NCBI GenBank assembly: GCA_964016885.1
Contig: OZ024744.1
Span: 116,374,001-116,438,000 of the forward strand
Direction: 5' to 3'
DNA: 64,000 nucleotides
Source: Eledone cirrhosa
Lineage: Eukaryota
Notes under the pieces: generated by a model
Told to the model about the DNA's origin: nothing
What the model saw: the letters and a program-made list of their open reading frames with translations, nothing else
Database searches by the model: none
Position numbers and translations under genes: made by a program
Shown: in pieces, positions 24,785 to 37,200 of the stretch
Layout: every line of letters begins with the position of its first letter
Numbering within the stretch: the first letter of the stretch is position 1

Positions 24785-25669
24785 TCAGCATGTACCCATG
24801 GGAGGTCGGGTACCCTGTATTACTGCGTGACGCCAGAAGTCACGGTCGTGTGTCATTGACTTTGAGAGGTGTAGTTGGGTAAGGTCGGCTTTTATCACCT
24901 CATCCCAAGTCATCTTGGGTCTCCCCACTCCGCGGTTTCCATCAACTTCTAGTGCTCTGCACCTTTTTATGCAGCTGTCATCCTTCATACGCATCACATG
25001 TCCATACCAGCGTAACCGCCTCTCCTGCACGCAGCATTTGATTCCTCTTATGCTCAGTCTCTCTCTCAATTCATTTATGCTTTGTCGTTCACGTATATTA
25101 CTGTTACACATCCATCGGAGCATGCAGGCTTCGTTTCTCTCTAATCTACGTAAGTCTTCCACCTTCAGCGCCCAGGTCTCACTACCATGCAACATCGCTG
25201 TTCGGATACACGCATCATACAGTCTGCCTTTCATTCTGAGGGAGAAGCCTTTTGCAGCTAGCAGTGGTAGTAGTTCCCTAAACTTCTTCCATCCCGTTCT
25301 TACCCTAGTTATTGTACTTTCTGAGCACCCACCTCCGTTGCTAATTCGGTCACCTAGGTAGCAGAAGCTGTCTACTGTTTCTACAGGGCCCTCCCAGAGA
25401 TTGGTGGTACTTGTTTCCTGTGGCTGTTTGCTTGCTGTTTCAGCACAGCTGCTGCATGTGAATCCTACATTCTTAATTAAGCTTCCTGAGATCCCGCTAC
25501 ATCTCTTGTGTACCCATTGTTTGCATTTGGGGCAAAGAATGGAGTTCCTACCTACACCTTTCCTACATACTGAGCAAGGCCATTTCCCTGAGGGGATCTG
25601 GGTTCTGTTTTCTCGTCTACTTATAAGGACCTTAGTCTTTGTCATGTTGACTTTGAGGCCCTTTCTCTC
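24785..25669 (-). pseudogene. C-terminal fragment of LINE ORF2 (end of reverse transcriptase, thumb and RTE C-terminal region); uninterrupted but 5'-truncated
   Basis: The frame is open from the junction (ERKGLKVNMTKTKV; the ATG at 25645 is an internal Met) to the stop at 24785-24787. Motifs are GLKVNxxKTK, VDSFCYLG, RVRTGWKKF, LYDACIRTAMLHGSETW, RRLRWYGHVMRM and GRPKMTW. The endonuclease and the YADD catalytic region are missing. Confidence 0.92.
25445..25576 (-). other. PHD-type zinc finger (C4HC3) coding segment inside the RT
   Basis: CSVC-x10-CPKC-x4-H-x2-C-x14-CSSC (aa 24-67 of the 286-aa ORF). It has a WxH motif and an aromatic residue two positions before Cys7, matching canonical PHD spacing. 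Confidence 0.85.
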
Positions 25670-28600
25670 AGTCTACAATATCAACCTAAGTACTGTTTTA
25701 CTGGTGCCTGTCATTAGACTGTGGCCATACTGGGGCACTACCTTGATATAGTCTACCATATCAATCTCAGTACAGTTTTACTGGTGTCAGTCACTAGACT
25801 GTGGCCATACTGGGCCACTAGCTTGATATAGTCTACCATATCAACCTCAGTACTGTTTTACTTGTGGCAGTCATTAGACTGTGGCCATACTGGGGCACTA
25901 CCTTGATATAGTCTACCATATCAATCTCAGTACTGTTTTACTGGTGTCAGTCATTAGACTGTGGCCATACTGGGGCACTACCTTGATATAGTCTACCATA
26001 TCAATCTCAGTACTGTTTTACTGGTGTCAGTCATTAGACTGTGGCCATACTGGGGCACTACCGTGATATGGTCTACCTTATCAACCTCAGTACTGTTTTG
26101 CTGATGTCAGTCATTAGACTGTGGCCATACTGGGGAACTACCTTGATATAGTCTACCATATCAACCTCAGTACTGTTTTACTGGTGTCAGTCATTAGACT
26201 GTGGCCATACTGGGGTACTACCTTGATATAGTCTACCATATCAACCTCAGTACTGTTTTACTCGTGTCAGTCATTAGACTGTGGCCATACTGGGGCACTA
26301 CCTTGATATAGTCTACCATATCAACCTCAGTACTGTTTTACTGGTGTCAGTCATTAGACTGTGGCCATACTGAGGCACTACCTTGATATATTCTACCATA
26401 TCAACCTCCATACTGTTTGACTGGCACCAGTCATTAGACTGTGGCCATACTGGGGCTCTACCTTGATATAGTCTACCATATCAACCTCAGTACTGTTTTA
26501 CTGGTGTCAGTCGTTAGACTGTGGCCATACTGGGGCACTACCTTGATATTGTCTACCATATCAACCTCACTACTGCTTTACTTGCGTCAGTCACTAGACT
26601 GTGGCCATACTGGGGCACTAACATGATATAGTCTACCATATCAACCTAAGTACTGTTTTGCTGATGTCAGTCATTAGACTGTGGCCATACTGTGGAACTA
26701 CCGTGATATAGTCTACCATATCAACCTCAGTACTGTTTTACTGGTGTCAGTCATTAGACTGTGGCCATACTGGGGCACTACCTTGATATAGGCTACCATA
26801 TCAACCTTAGTACTGTTTTGCTGATGTCAGTCATTAGACTGTGGCCATACTGGGGCACTACCTTGATATAGACTACCATATCAATCTCACTACTGCTTTA
26901 CTGGTGTCAGTCATTAGATTGTGGCCATACTGGGGCAACACCTTGATATAGTCTACCATATCAACCTCAGTACTGTTTTACTGGTGTCAGTCATTGGACT
27001 GTGGCCATACTGGGGCACTACCTTGATATAGTCTACCATATCAACCTCTGTACTGTTTTACTGGTGTCAGTCAATAGACTGTGGCTATACTAGGGCACTA
27101 CCTAGATATAGTCTACCATATCAACCTCAGTACTGTTTTATTGGTGTCAGACATTAGACTGTGGCCATACTGGGGCACTACCTTGATATAGTCTACCATA
27201 TCAACCTCAGTACTATTTTACTGGTGTCAGTCATTAGACTGTGGCCATACTGGGGCACTACCTTGATATAGTCTACCATATCAACCTCAGTACTATTTTA
27301 CTGGTGTCAGTCATTAGACTGTCGCCATACTGGGGCACTACCTTGATATAGTCTACCATATTAACCTGAGTAAAGTTTTACTGGTGTCAGTCATTAGATT
27401 GTGGCCATACAGTGGCACGACCTTAATATAGTCTACCATATCAACCTCACTACTGTTTTACTGGTGTCAGTCATTAGACTGTGGCCATACTGGGGCACTA
27501 CCTTGATATAGTCTACCATATCAACCTCAGTACAGTTTTACTGGTGTCAATCATTGGACAGTTGTCATACTGGGGCACTACCTTGATATAGTCTACCATA
27601 TCAACCTCACTACTGTTTTACTGGTGTCAGTCATTAAACTGTGGCCATACTGGGGCACTACCTTGATGTAGTCTACCATATCAACCTCACTACTGTTTTA
27701 CTGGTGTCAGTCATTAGATTGTGGCCATACTGGGGCACTACTATGATATAGTCTACCATATCAATCTCACTACTGATTTACTGGTGTCAGTCATTAGACT
27801 GTGGCCATACTGGGGCACTACCATGATATAGTCTACCTTATCAACCTCAGTACTGTTTTGCTGATGTCAGTCATTAGACTGTGGCCATACTGGGGCACTA
27901 CCTTGATATAGTCTACCATATTAACCTGAGTAAAGTTTTACTGGCGTCAGTCATTAGACTGTGGCCATACTGGGGTACTACCTTGATATAGTCTACCATA
28001 TCAACCTCAGTACTGTTTTACTCGTGTCAGTCATTAGACTGTGGCCATACTGGGGCACTACCTTGTTATAGTCTACCATATCAACCTCAGTACTGTTTTA
28101 CTGGTGTCAGTCATTAGACTGTGGCCATACTGAGGCACTACCTTGATATATTCTACCATATCAACCTCCATACTGTTTGACTGGCACCAGTCATTAGACT
28201 GTGGCCATACTGGGGCACTACCTTGATATAGTCTACCATATCAACCGCAGTACTGTTCTACTGGTGTCAATCATTAGACTGTGGCCATACTGAGGCACCA
28301 CCTTGATATATTCTACCATATCAACCTCCATACTGTTTGACTGGCACCAGTCATTAGACTGTGGCCATACTGGGGCTCTACCTTGATATAGTCTACCATA
28401 TCAACCTCAGTACTGTTTTACTGGTGTCAGTCGTTAGACTGTGGCCATACTGGGGCACTACCTTGATATTGTCTACCATATCAACCTCACTACTGCTTTA
28501 CTGGTGTCAGTCACTAGACTGTGGCCATACTGGGGCACTAACATGATATAGTCTACCATATCAACCTAAGTACTGTTTTACTGGTGCCTGTCATTAGACT

Positions 28601-31289
28601 GTGGCCATACTGGGGCACTACCTTGATATAGTCTACCATATCAATCTCAGTACTGTTTTACTGGTGTCAGTCATTAGGCTGTGGCCATACTGTGGCACTA
28701 CCGTGATATGGTCTACCTTATCAACCTCAGTACTGTTTTGCTGATGTCAGTCATTAGACTGTGGCCATACTGGGGAACTACCTTGATATAGTCTACCATA
28801 TCAACCTCAGTACTGTTTTACTGGTGTCAGTCATTAGACTGTGGCCATACTGGGGTACTACCTTGATATAGTGTACCATATCAACCTCAGTACTGTTTTA
28901 CACGTGTCAGTCATTAGACTGTGGCCATACTGTGGCACTACCGTGATATAGTCTACCATATCAACCTCAGTACTGTTTTACTGGTGTCAGTCATTAGACT
29001 GTGGCCATACTGGGGCACTAGCTTGATATAGGCTACCATATCAACCTTAGTACTGTTTTGCTGATGTCAGTCATTAGACTGTGGCCATACTGGGGCACTA
29101 CCTTGATATAGTCTACCATATCAACCTGAGTACTGCTTTACTGGTGTCAGTCATTAGACTGTGGCCATACTGGGGCACTACCTTGATATAGTCTACCTTA
29201 TCAACCTCAGTGAGTGTTTTACTGTTGTCATTCATTAGACTGTGGCCATACTGGGGCACTACCTTGATATAGTCTACCATGTCAACCTCAGTACTGTTTT
29301 ACTGGTGTCAATCATTAGACTGTGGCCATACTGGGGCACTACCTTGATATAGTCTACCATATCAATCTCAGTACTGTTTTACTGGTGTCAATCATTAGAC
29401 TGTGGCCATACTGGGGCACTACCTTGATATAGTCTACCATATCAACCTCAGTACTGTTTTACTGGTGTCAGTCATTAGATTGTGGCCATACTGGGGCACT
29501 ACCTTGATATAGTCTACCATATCAATATCACTAATGTTTTACTGGTGTCAGTCATTAGACTGTGGCCATACTGGGGCACTACCTTGATATTGTCTACCAT
29601 ATCAACCTCACTACTGCTTTACTGGTGTCAGTCACTAGACTGTGGCCATACTGGGGCACTAACATGATATAGTCTACCATATCAACCTCAGTACTGTTTT
29701 CCTGGTGTCAGTCATTAGACGGTGGCCATACTGGGGCACTACCTTGATATAATCTACCGTATCAACCTCACTACTGCTTTACTGGCGTCAGTCACTAGAC
29801 TGTGGCCATACTGGGGCACTACCTTGATATAGTCTACCATATCAACCTCAGTACTGTTTTACTGGTGCCTGTCATTAGACTGTGGCCATACTGGGGCACT
29901 ACCTTGATATAGTCTACCATATCAATCTCAGTACTGTTTTACTGGTGTCAGTCATTAGGCTGTGGCCATACTGTGGCACTACCGTGATATGGTCTACCTT
30001 ATCAACCTCAGTACTGTTTTGCTGATGTCAGTCATTAGACTGTGGCCATACTGGGGAACTACCTTGATATAGTCTACCATATCAACCTCAGTACTGTTTT
30101 ACTGGTGTCAGTCATTAGACTGTGGCCATACTGGGGTACTACCTTGATATAGTCTACCATATCAACCTCAGTACTGTTTTACTCGTGTCAGTCATTAGAC
30201 TCTGGCCATACTGGGGTACGTCCTTGATATAGTCTACCATATCAACCTCAGTACTGTTTTACTCGTGTCAGTCATTAGACTGTGGCCTTACTGGGGCACT
30301 ACCTTGATATAGTCTACCATATCAACCTCAGTACTATTTTACTGGTGTCAGTCATTAGACTGTGGTCATACTGGGGCACTACCTTGATATAGTCTACCAT
30401 ATCAACCTCAGTACTGTTTTACTGGTGTCAGTCATTAGACTGTGGCCATACTGGGGCACTACCTTGATATAGTCTACCATATCACCCTCAGTACTATTTT
30501 ACTGGTGTCAGTCATTAGACTGTGGTCATACTGGGGCACTACCTTGATATCGTCTACAATATCAATCTCACTACTTTTTTACTGGTGTCAGTCTTTGGAC
30601 TGTGGCCATGCTGGGGCACTACCTTGATATAGTCTACTATATCAACCTCAGTACTGTTTTACTGGTGTCAGTCATTAGACTGTGGCCATACTGGGACACT
30701 ACCTTTATATAGTCTACCTTATCAACCTCAGTACTGTTTTGCTGATGTCAGTCATTAGATTGTGGCCATACTGGGGCACTACCTTGATATAGTCTACCAT
30801 ATCAACCTCACTACAGTTTTACTGGTGTCAGTCATTAGACTGTGGCCATACTGGGGCACTACCTTGATATAGTCTACCATATCAACCTCAGTACTGTTTT
30901 ACTGGTGTCAGTCATTAGACTGTGGCCATACTGGGACACTACCTTTATATAGTCTACCTTATCAACCTCAGTACTGTTTTGCTGATGTCAGTCATTAGAC
31001 TGTGGCCATACTGTGCACTGCCTTGATATATTCTACCATAAGAACCTCAGTACTGTTTTACTGGTGTCAGTCATTAGACTGTGGCCATACCGGGGCACTA
31101 CCTTGATATAGTCTACCATATCAATCTCAGTACTGTTTTACTGGTGTCAGTCATTAGGCTGTGGCCATACTGTGGCACTACCGTGATATAGTCTACCATA
31201 TCAACCTCAGTACTGTTTTACTGGTGTCAGTCATTAGACTGTGGCCATACCGGGGCACTACCTTGATATAGGCTACCATATCAACCTCA

Positions 31290-34200
31290 GTACTGTTTTG
31301 CTGATGTCAGTCATTAGACTGTGGCCATACTGGGGAACTACCTTGATATAGTCTACCATATCAACCTCAGTACTGTTTTACTGGTGTCAGTCATTAGACT
31401 GTGGCCATACTGGGGTACTACCTTGATATAGACTACCATATCAACCTCAGTACTGTTTTACTCGTGTCAGTCAATAGACTGTGGCCATACTGGGGTACTG
31501 CCTTGATATAGTCTACCATATCAACCTTAGTACTGTTTTACTTGTGTCAGTCATTAGACTGTGGCCATACTGGGGCACTACCTTGATATAGTCTACCATA
31601 TCAACCCCAGTACTATTTTACTGGTGTCAGTCATTAGATTGTGGGCATACTGGGGCACTACCTCGATGTAGTCTACCATATCAATCTCAGTACTGTTTTA
31701 CTGGTGTCAAACACTAGACTGTGGCCATACTGGGGCACTACCTTGATATAGTCTTCCATATCAATTTCACTACTGTTTTACTGGTGTCAGACATTAGACT
31801 GTGGCCATACTGGGCACCACCTTGATATAGTCTACCATATCAACCTCACTACTGCTTTACTGGTGTCAGTCACTAGACTGTGGCCATACTGGGGCACTAA
31901 CATGATATAGTCTACCATATCAACCTCAGTACTGTTTTCCTGGTGTCAGTCATTAGACGGTGGCCATACTGGGGCACTACCTTGATATAATCTACCGTAT
32001 CAACATCACTACTGCTTTACTGGCGTCAGTCACTAGACTGTGGCCATACTGGGGCACTACCTTGATATCGTCTACAATATCAATCTTACTACTTTTTTAC
32101 TGGTGTCAGTCTTTGGACTGTGGCCATGCTGGGGCACTACCTTGATATAGTCTACTATATCAACCTCAGTACTGTTTTACTGGTGTCAGTCATTAGACTG
32201 TGGCCATATTGGGACACTACCTTTATATAGTCTACCTTATCAACCTCAGTACTGTTTTGCTGATGTCAGTCATTAGATTGTGGCCATACTGGGGCACTAC
32301 CTTGATATAGTCTACCATATCAACCTCACTACTGTTTTACTGGTGTCAGTCATTAGACTGTGGCCATACTGGGGCACTACCTTGATATAGTCTACCATAT
32401 CAACCTCAGTACTGTTTTACTGGTGTCAGTCATTAGACTGTGGCCATACTGGGACACTACCTTTATATAGTCTACCTTATCAACCTCAGTACTGTTTTGC
32501 TGATGTCAGTCATTAGACTGTGGCCATACTGTGCACTGCCTTGATATATTCTACCATAAGAACCTCAGTACTGTTTTACTGGTGTCAGTCATTAGACTGT
32601 GGCCATACTGAGGCACTACCTTGATATAGACTTCCATATACACCTCAGTACTGTTTTACTGGTGTCAGTCATTAGACTGTGGCCATACCGGGGCACTACC
32701 TTGATATAGTCTACCATATCAATCTCAGTACTGTTTTACTGGTGTCAGTCATTAGGCTGTGGCCATACTGTGGCACTACCGTGATATAGTCTACCATATC
32801 AACCTCAGTACTGTTTTACTGGTGTCAGTCATTAGACTGTGGCCATACCGGGGCACTACCTTGATATAGGCTACCATATCAACCTCAGTACTGTTTTGCT
32901 GATGTCTGTCATTAGACTGTGGCCATACTGGGGAACTACCTTGATATAGTCTACCATATCAACCTCAGTACTGTTTTACTGGTGTCAGTCATTAGACTGT
33001 GGCCATACTGGGGTACTACCTTGATATAGACTACCATATCAACCTCAGTACTGTTTTACTGGTGTCATTCATTAGACTGTGGCCATACTGAGGCACTACC
33101 TTGATATAGTCTACCATATCAACCTCAGTACTGTTTTACTGGTGTCAGTCATTAGACTGTGGCCATACTGGGGTACTACCTTGATATAGTCTACCATATC
33201 AACCTCAGTACTGTGTTACTGGTGTCATTCATTAGACTGTGGCCATACTGAGGCACTACCTTGATATAGTCTACCATATCAACCTCAGTACTGTTTTACT
33301 GGTGTCAGTCATTAGACGGTGGCCATACTGGGGCACTACCTTGATATAATCTACCGTATCAACCTCACTACTGCTTTACTGGCGTCAGTCACTAGACTGT
33401 GGCCATACTGGGGCACTACCTTGATATAGTCTACCATATCAATCTCAGTACTGTTTTACTGGTGTCAGCCATTAGGCTGTGGCCATACTGTGGCACTACC
33501 GTGATATGGTCTACCTTATCAACCTCAGTACAGTTTTGCTGATGTCAGTCATTAGACTGTGGCCATACTGGGGAACTACCTTGATATAGTCTACCATATC
33601 AACCTCAGTACTGTTTTACTGGTGTCAGTCATTAGACTGTGGCCTTACTGGGGCACTACCTTGATATAGTCTACCATATCAACCTCAGTACTATTTTACT
33701 GGTGTCAGTCATTAGACTGTGGTCATACTGGGGCACTACCTTGATATAGTCTACCATATCAACCTCAGTACTGTTTTACTGGTGTCAGTCATTAGACTGT
33801 GGCCATACTGGGGCACTACCTTGATATAGTCTACCATATCACCCTCAGTACTATTTTACTGGTGTCAGTCATTAGACTGTGGTCATACTGGGGCACTACC
33901 TTGATATCGTCTACAATATCAATCTCACTACTTTTTTACTGGTGTCAGTCTTTGGACTGTGGCCATGCTGGGGCACTACCTTGATATAGTCTACTATATC
34001 AACCTCAGTACTGTTTTACTGGTGTCAGTCATTAGACTGTGGCCATATTGGGACACTACCTTTATATAGTCTACCTTATCAACCTCAGTACTGTTTTGCT
34101 GATGTCAGTCATTAGATTGTGGCCATACTGGGGCACTACCTTGATATAGTCTACCATATCAACCTCAGTACTGTTTTACTGGTGTCAGTCATTAGACTGT

Positions 34201-37200
34201 GGCCATACTGAGGCACTACCTTGATATAGACTTCCATATACACCTCAGTACTGTTTTACTGGTGTCAATCATTAGACTGTGGCCATACCGGGGCACTACC
34301 TTGATATAGTCTACCATATCAATCTCAGTACTGTTTTACTGGTGTCAGTCATTAGGCTGTGGCCATACTGTGGCACTACCGTGATATAGTCTACCATATC
34401 AACCTCAGTACTGTTTTACTGGTGTCAGTCATTAGACTGTGGCCATACCGGGGCACTACCTTGATATAGGCTACCATATCAACCTCAGTACTGTTTTGCT
34501 GATGTCTGTCATTAGACTGTGGCCATACTGGGGAACTACCTTGATATAGTCTACCATATCAACCTCAGTACTGTTTTACTGGTGTCAATCTTTAGACTGT
34601 GGCCATACTGGGGTACTACCTTGATATAGACTACCATATCAACCTCAGTACTGTTTTACTCGTGTCAGTCAATAGACTGTGGCCATACTGGGGTACTGCC
34701 TTGATATAGTCTACCATATCAACCTTAGTACTGTTTTACTTGTGTCAGTCATTAGACTGTGGCCATACTGGGGCACTACCTTGATATAGTCTACCATATC
34801 AACCCCAGTACTATTTTACTGGTGTCAGTCATTAGATTGTGGGCATACTGGGGCACTACCTCGATGTAGTCTACCATATCAATCTCAGTACTGTTTTACT
34901 GGTGTCAAACACTAGACTGTGGCCATACTGGGGCACTACCTTGATATAGTCTTCCATATCAATTTCACTACTGTTTTACTGGTGTCAGACATTAGACTGT
35001 GGCCATACTGGGCACCACCTTGATATAGTCTACCATATCAACCTCACTACTGTTTTACTGGTGTCAGTCATTAGACTGTGGCCATACTGGTGCACTACCA
35101 AGATACAGTCAACCACATGAACCTCAGTATTGGTTTACTTGTGTCAGTCATTAGACTGTGGCCATACTGGGGCACTACCTTGATATAGTCTACCATATCA
35201 ACCTCAGTACTGTTTTACTGGTGTCTGTCATTAGACTGTGGCCATACTGGGGCACTACCTTGATATAGACTACCATAGCAATCTCACTACTGCTTTACTG
35301 GTGTCAGTCAGTAGACTGTGGCCATACTGGGGCACTACCTTGATATAGTCTACCTTATCAACCTCAGTGAGTGTTTTACTGTTGTCATTCATTAGACTGT
35401 GGCCATAATGGGGCACTACCTTGATATAGTCTACCATGTCAACCTCACAACTGTTTTACTGGTGTCAGTCATTAGACTGTGGCCATACTGGGGCACTACC
35501 TTGATATAGTCTACCATATCAATCTCAGTACTGTTTTACTGGTGTCAGTCATTAGACTGTGGCCATACTGGGGCACTACCTTGATATAGTCTACCATATC
35601 AACCTCAGTACTGTTTTACTGGTGTCAGTCATTAGATTGTGGCCATACTGGGGCACTACCTTGATATAGTCTACCATATCAATATCACTAATGTTTTACT
35701 GGTGTCAGTCATTAGACTGTGGCCATACTGGGGCACTACCTTGATATAGTCTTCCATATCAACCTCAGTACTGTTTTACTGGTGTCAGTCATTAGACTGT
35801 GGCCATACCGGGGCACTACCTTGATATAGTCTACCATATCAATATCAGTACTGTTTTACTGGTGTCAGTCATTAGGCTGTGGCCATACTGTGGCACTACC
35901 ATGATATAGTCTACCATATCAACCTCACTACTGATTTGCTGATGTCAGTCATTAGACTATGGCCATACTGGGGAACTACCTTGATATAGTCTACCATATC
36001 AACTTCAGTACTGTTTTGCTGATGTCAGTCATTAGACTGTGGCCATACTGGGGAACTACCTTGATATAGTCTACCATATCAACCTCAGTACTGTTTTACT
36101 GGTGTCAGTCATTAGACTGTGGCCATACTGGGGTACTACCTTGAATTAGACTACCATATCAACCTCAGTACTGTTTTACTCGTGTCAGTCAATAGACTGT
36201 GGCCATACTGGGGTACTGCCTTGATATAGTCTACCATATCAACCTTAGTACTGTTTTACTTGTGTCAGTCATTAGACTGTGGCCATACTGGGGCACTACC
36301 TTGATATAGTCTACCATATCAACCCCAGTACTATTTTACTGGTGTCAGTCATTAGATTGTGGGCATACTGGGGCACTACCTCGATGTAGTCTACCATATC
36401 AATCTCAGTACTGTTTTACTGGTGTCAAACACTAGACTGTGGCCATACTGGGGCACTACCTTGATATAGTCTTCCATATCAATTTCACTACTGTTTTACT
36501 GGTGTCAGACATTAGACTGTGGCCATACTGGGCACCACCTTGATATAGTCTACCATATCAACCTCACTACTGCTTTACTGGTGTCAGTCACTAGACTGTG
36601 GCCATACTGGGGCACTAACATGATATAGTCTACCATATCAACCTCAGTACTGTTTTCCTGGTGTCAGTCATTAGACGGTGGCCATACTGGGGCACTACCT
36701 TGATATAATCTACCGTATCAACATCACTACTGCTTTACTGGCGTCAGTCACTAGACTGTGGCCATACTGGGGCACTACCTTGATATCGTCTACAATATCA
36801 ATCTTACTACTTTTTTACTGGTGTCAGTCTTTGGACTGTGGCCATGCTGGGGCACTACCTTGATATAGTCTACTATATCAACCTCAGTACTGTTTTACTG
36901 GTGTCAGTCATTAGACTGTGGCCATATTGGGACACTACCTTTATATAGACTACCTTATCAACCTCAGTACTGTTTTGCTGATGTCAGTCATTAGATTGTG
37001 GCCATACTGGGGCACTACCTTGATATAGTCTACCATATCAACCTCACTACTGTTTTACTGGTGTCAGTCATTAGACTGTGGCCATACTGGGGCACTACCT
37101 TGATATAGTCTACCATATCAACCTCAGTACTGTTTTACTGGTGTCAGTCATTAGACTGTGGCCATACTGGGACACTACCTTTATATAGTCTACCTTATCA

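Larger units (their letters stand above)
24482..25669 (-). mobile_element. 5'-truncated non-LTR retrotransposon (LINE), RTE group, probably RTE-X-like; 1188 bp
   Basis: This is the only non-satellite segment. It has an RT C-terminal reading frame with RTE-type motifs, a 3' UTR of about 300 bp and a (CAT)6 tail, read as (ATG)n on the sense strand. Boundaries come from comparison with the empty paralogous site at 20311-20350 (CTAACATGATAT|AGTCTACAATATCAACCTAAG). Confidence 0.95.
17180..27250. repeat. Tandem duplication of about 4.2-4.3 kb (52-54 monomers); the second copy carries the LINE; ends approximate
   Basis: ORF-track twins are 17575/21894 (4319 bp), 18891/23050 and 20134/24293 (4159 bp), and 20694/26441 (5747 = 4159 + 1188 + 400). 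Confidence 0.88.

Noticed and set aside
24785-25645. Standalone 286-aa host gene or domesticated PHD protein
   Set aside because: The frame runs past the ATG to the satellite junction, no promoter or splice context is evident, and the RT catalytic core is missing. It is better explained as 5' truncation.
24470-25685. Target-site duplication
   Set aside because: Comparison with the empty site at 20322/20323 shows no duplicated bases, only 1-2 nt of junction ambiguity.
24373-25751. Plus-strand ORFs over the insertion (76-148 aa and shorter)
   Set aside because: They are antisense shadows of the RT frame and UTR, or satellite-LINE chimeras, with no recognisable motifs.
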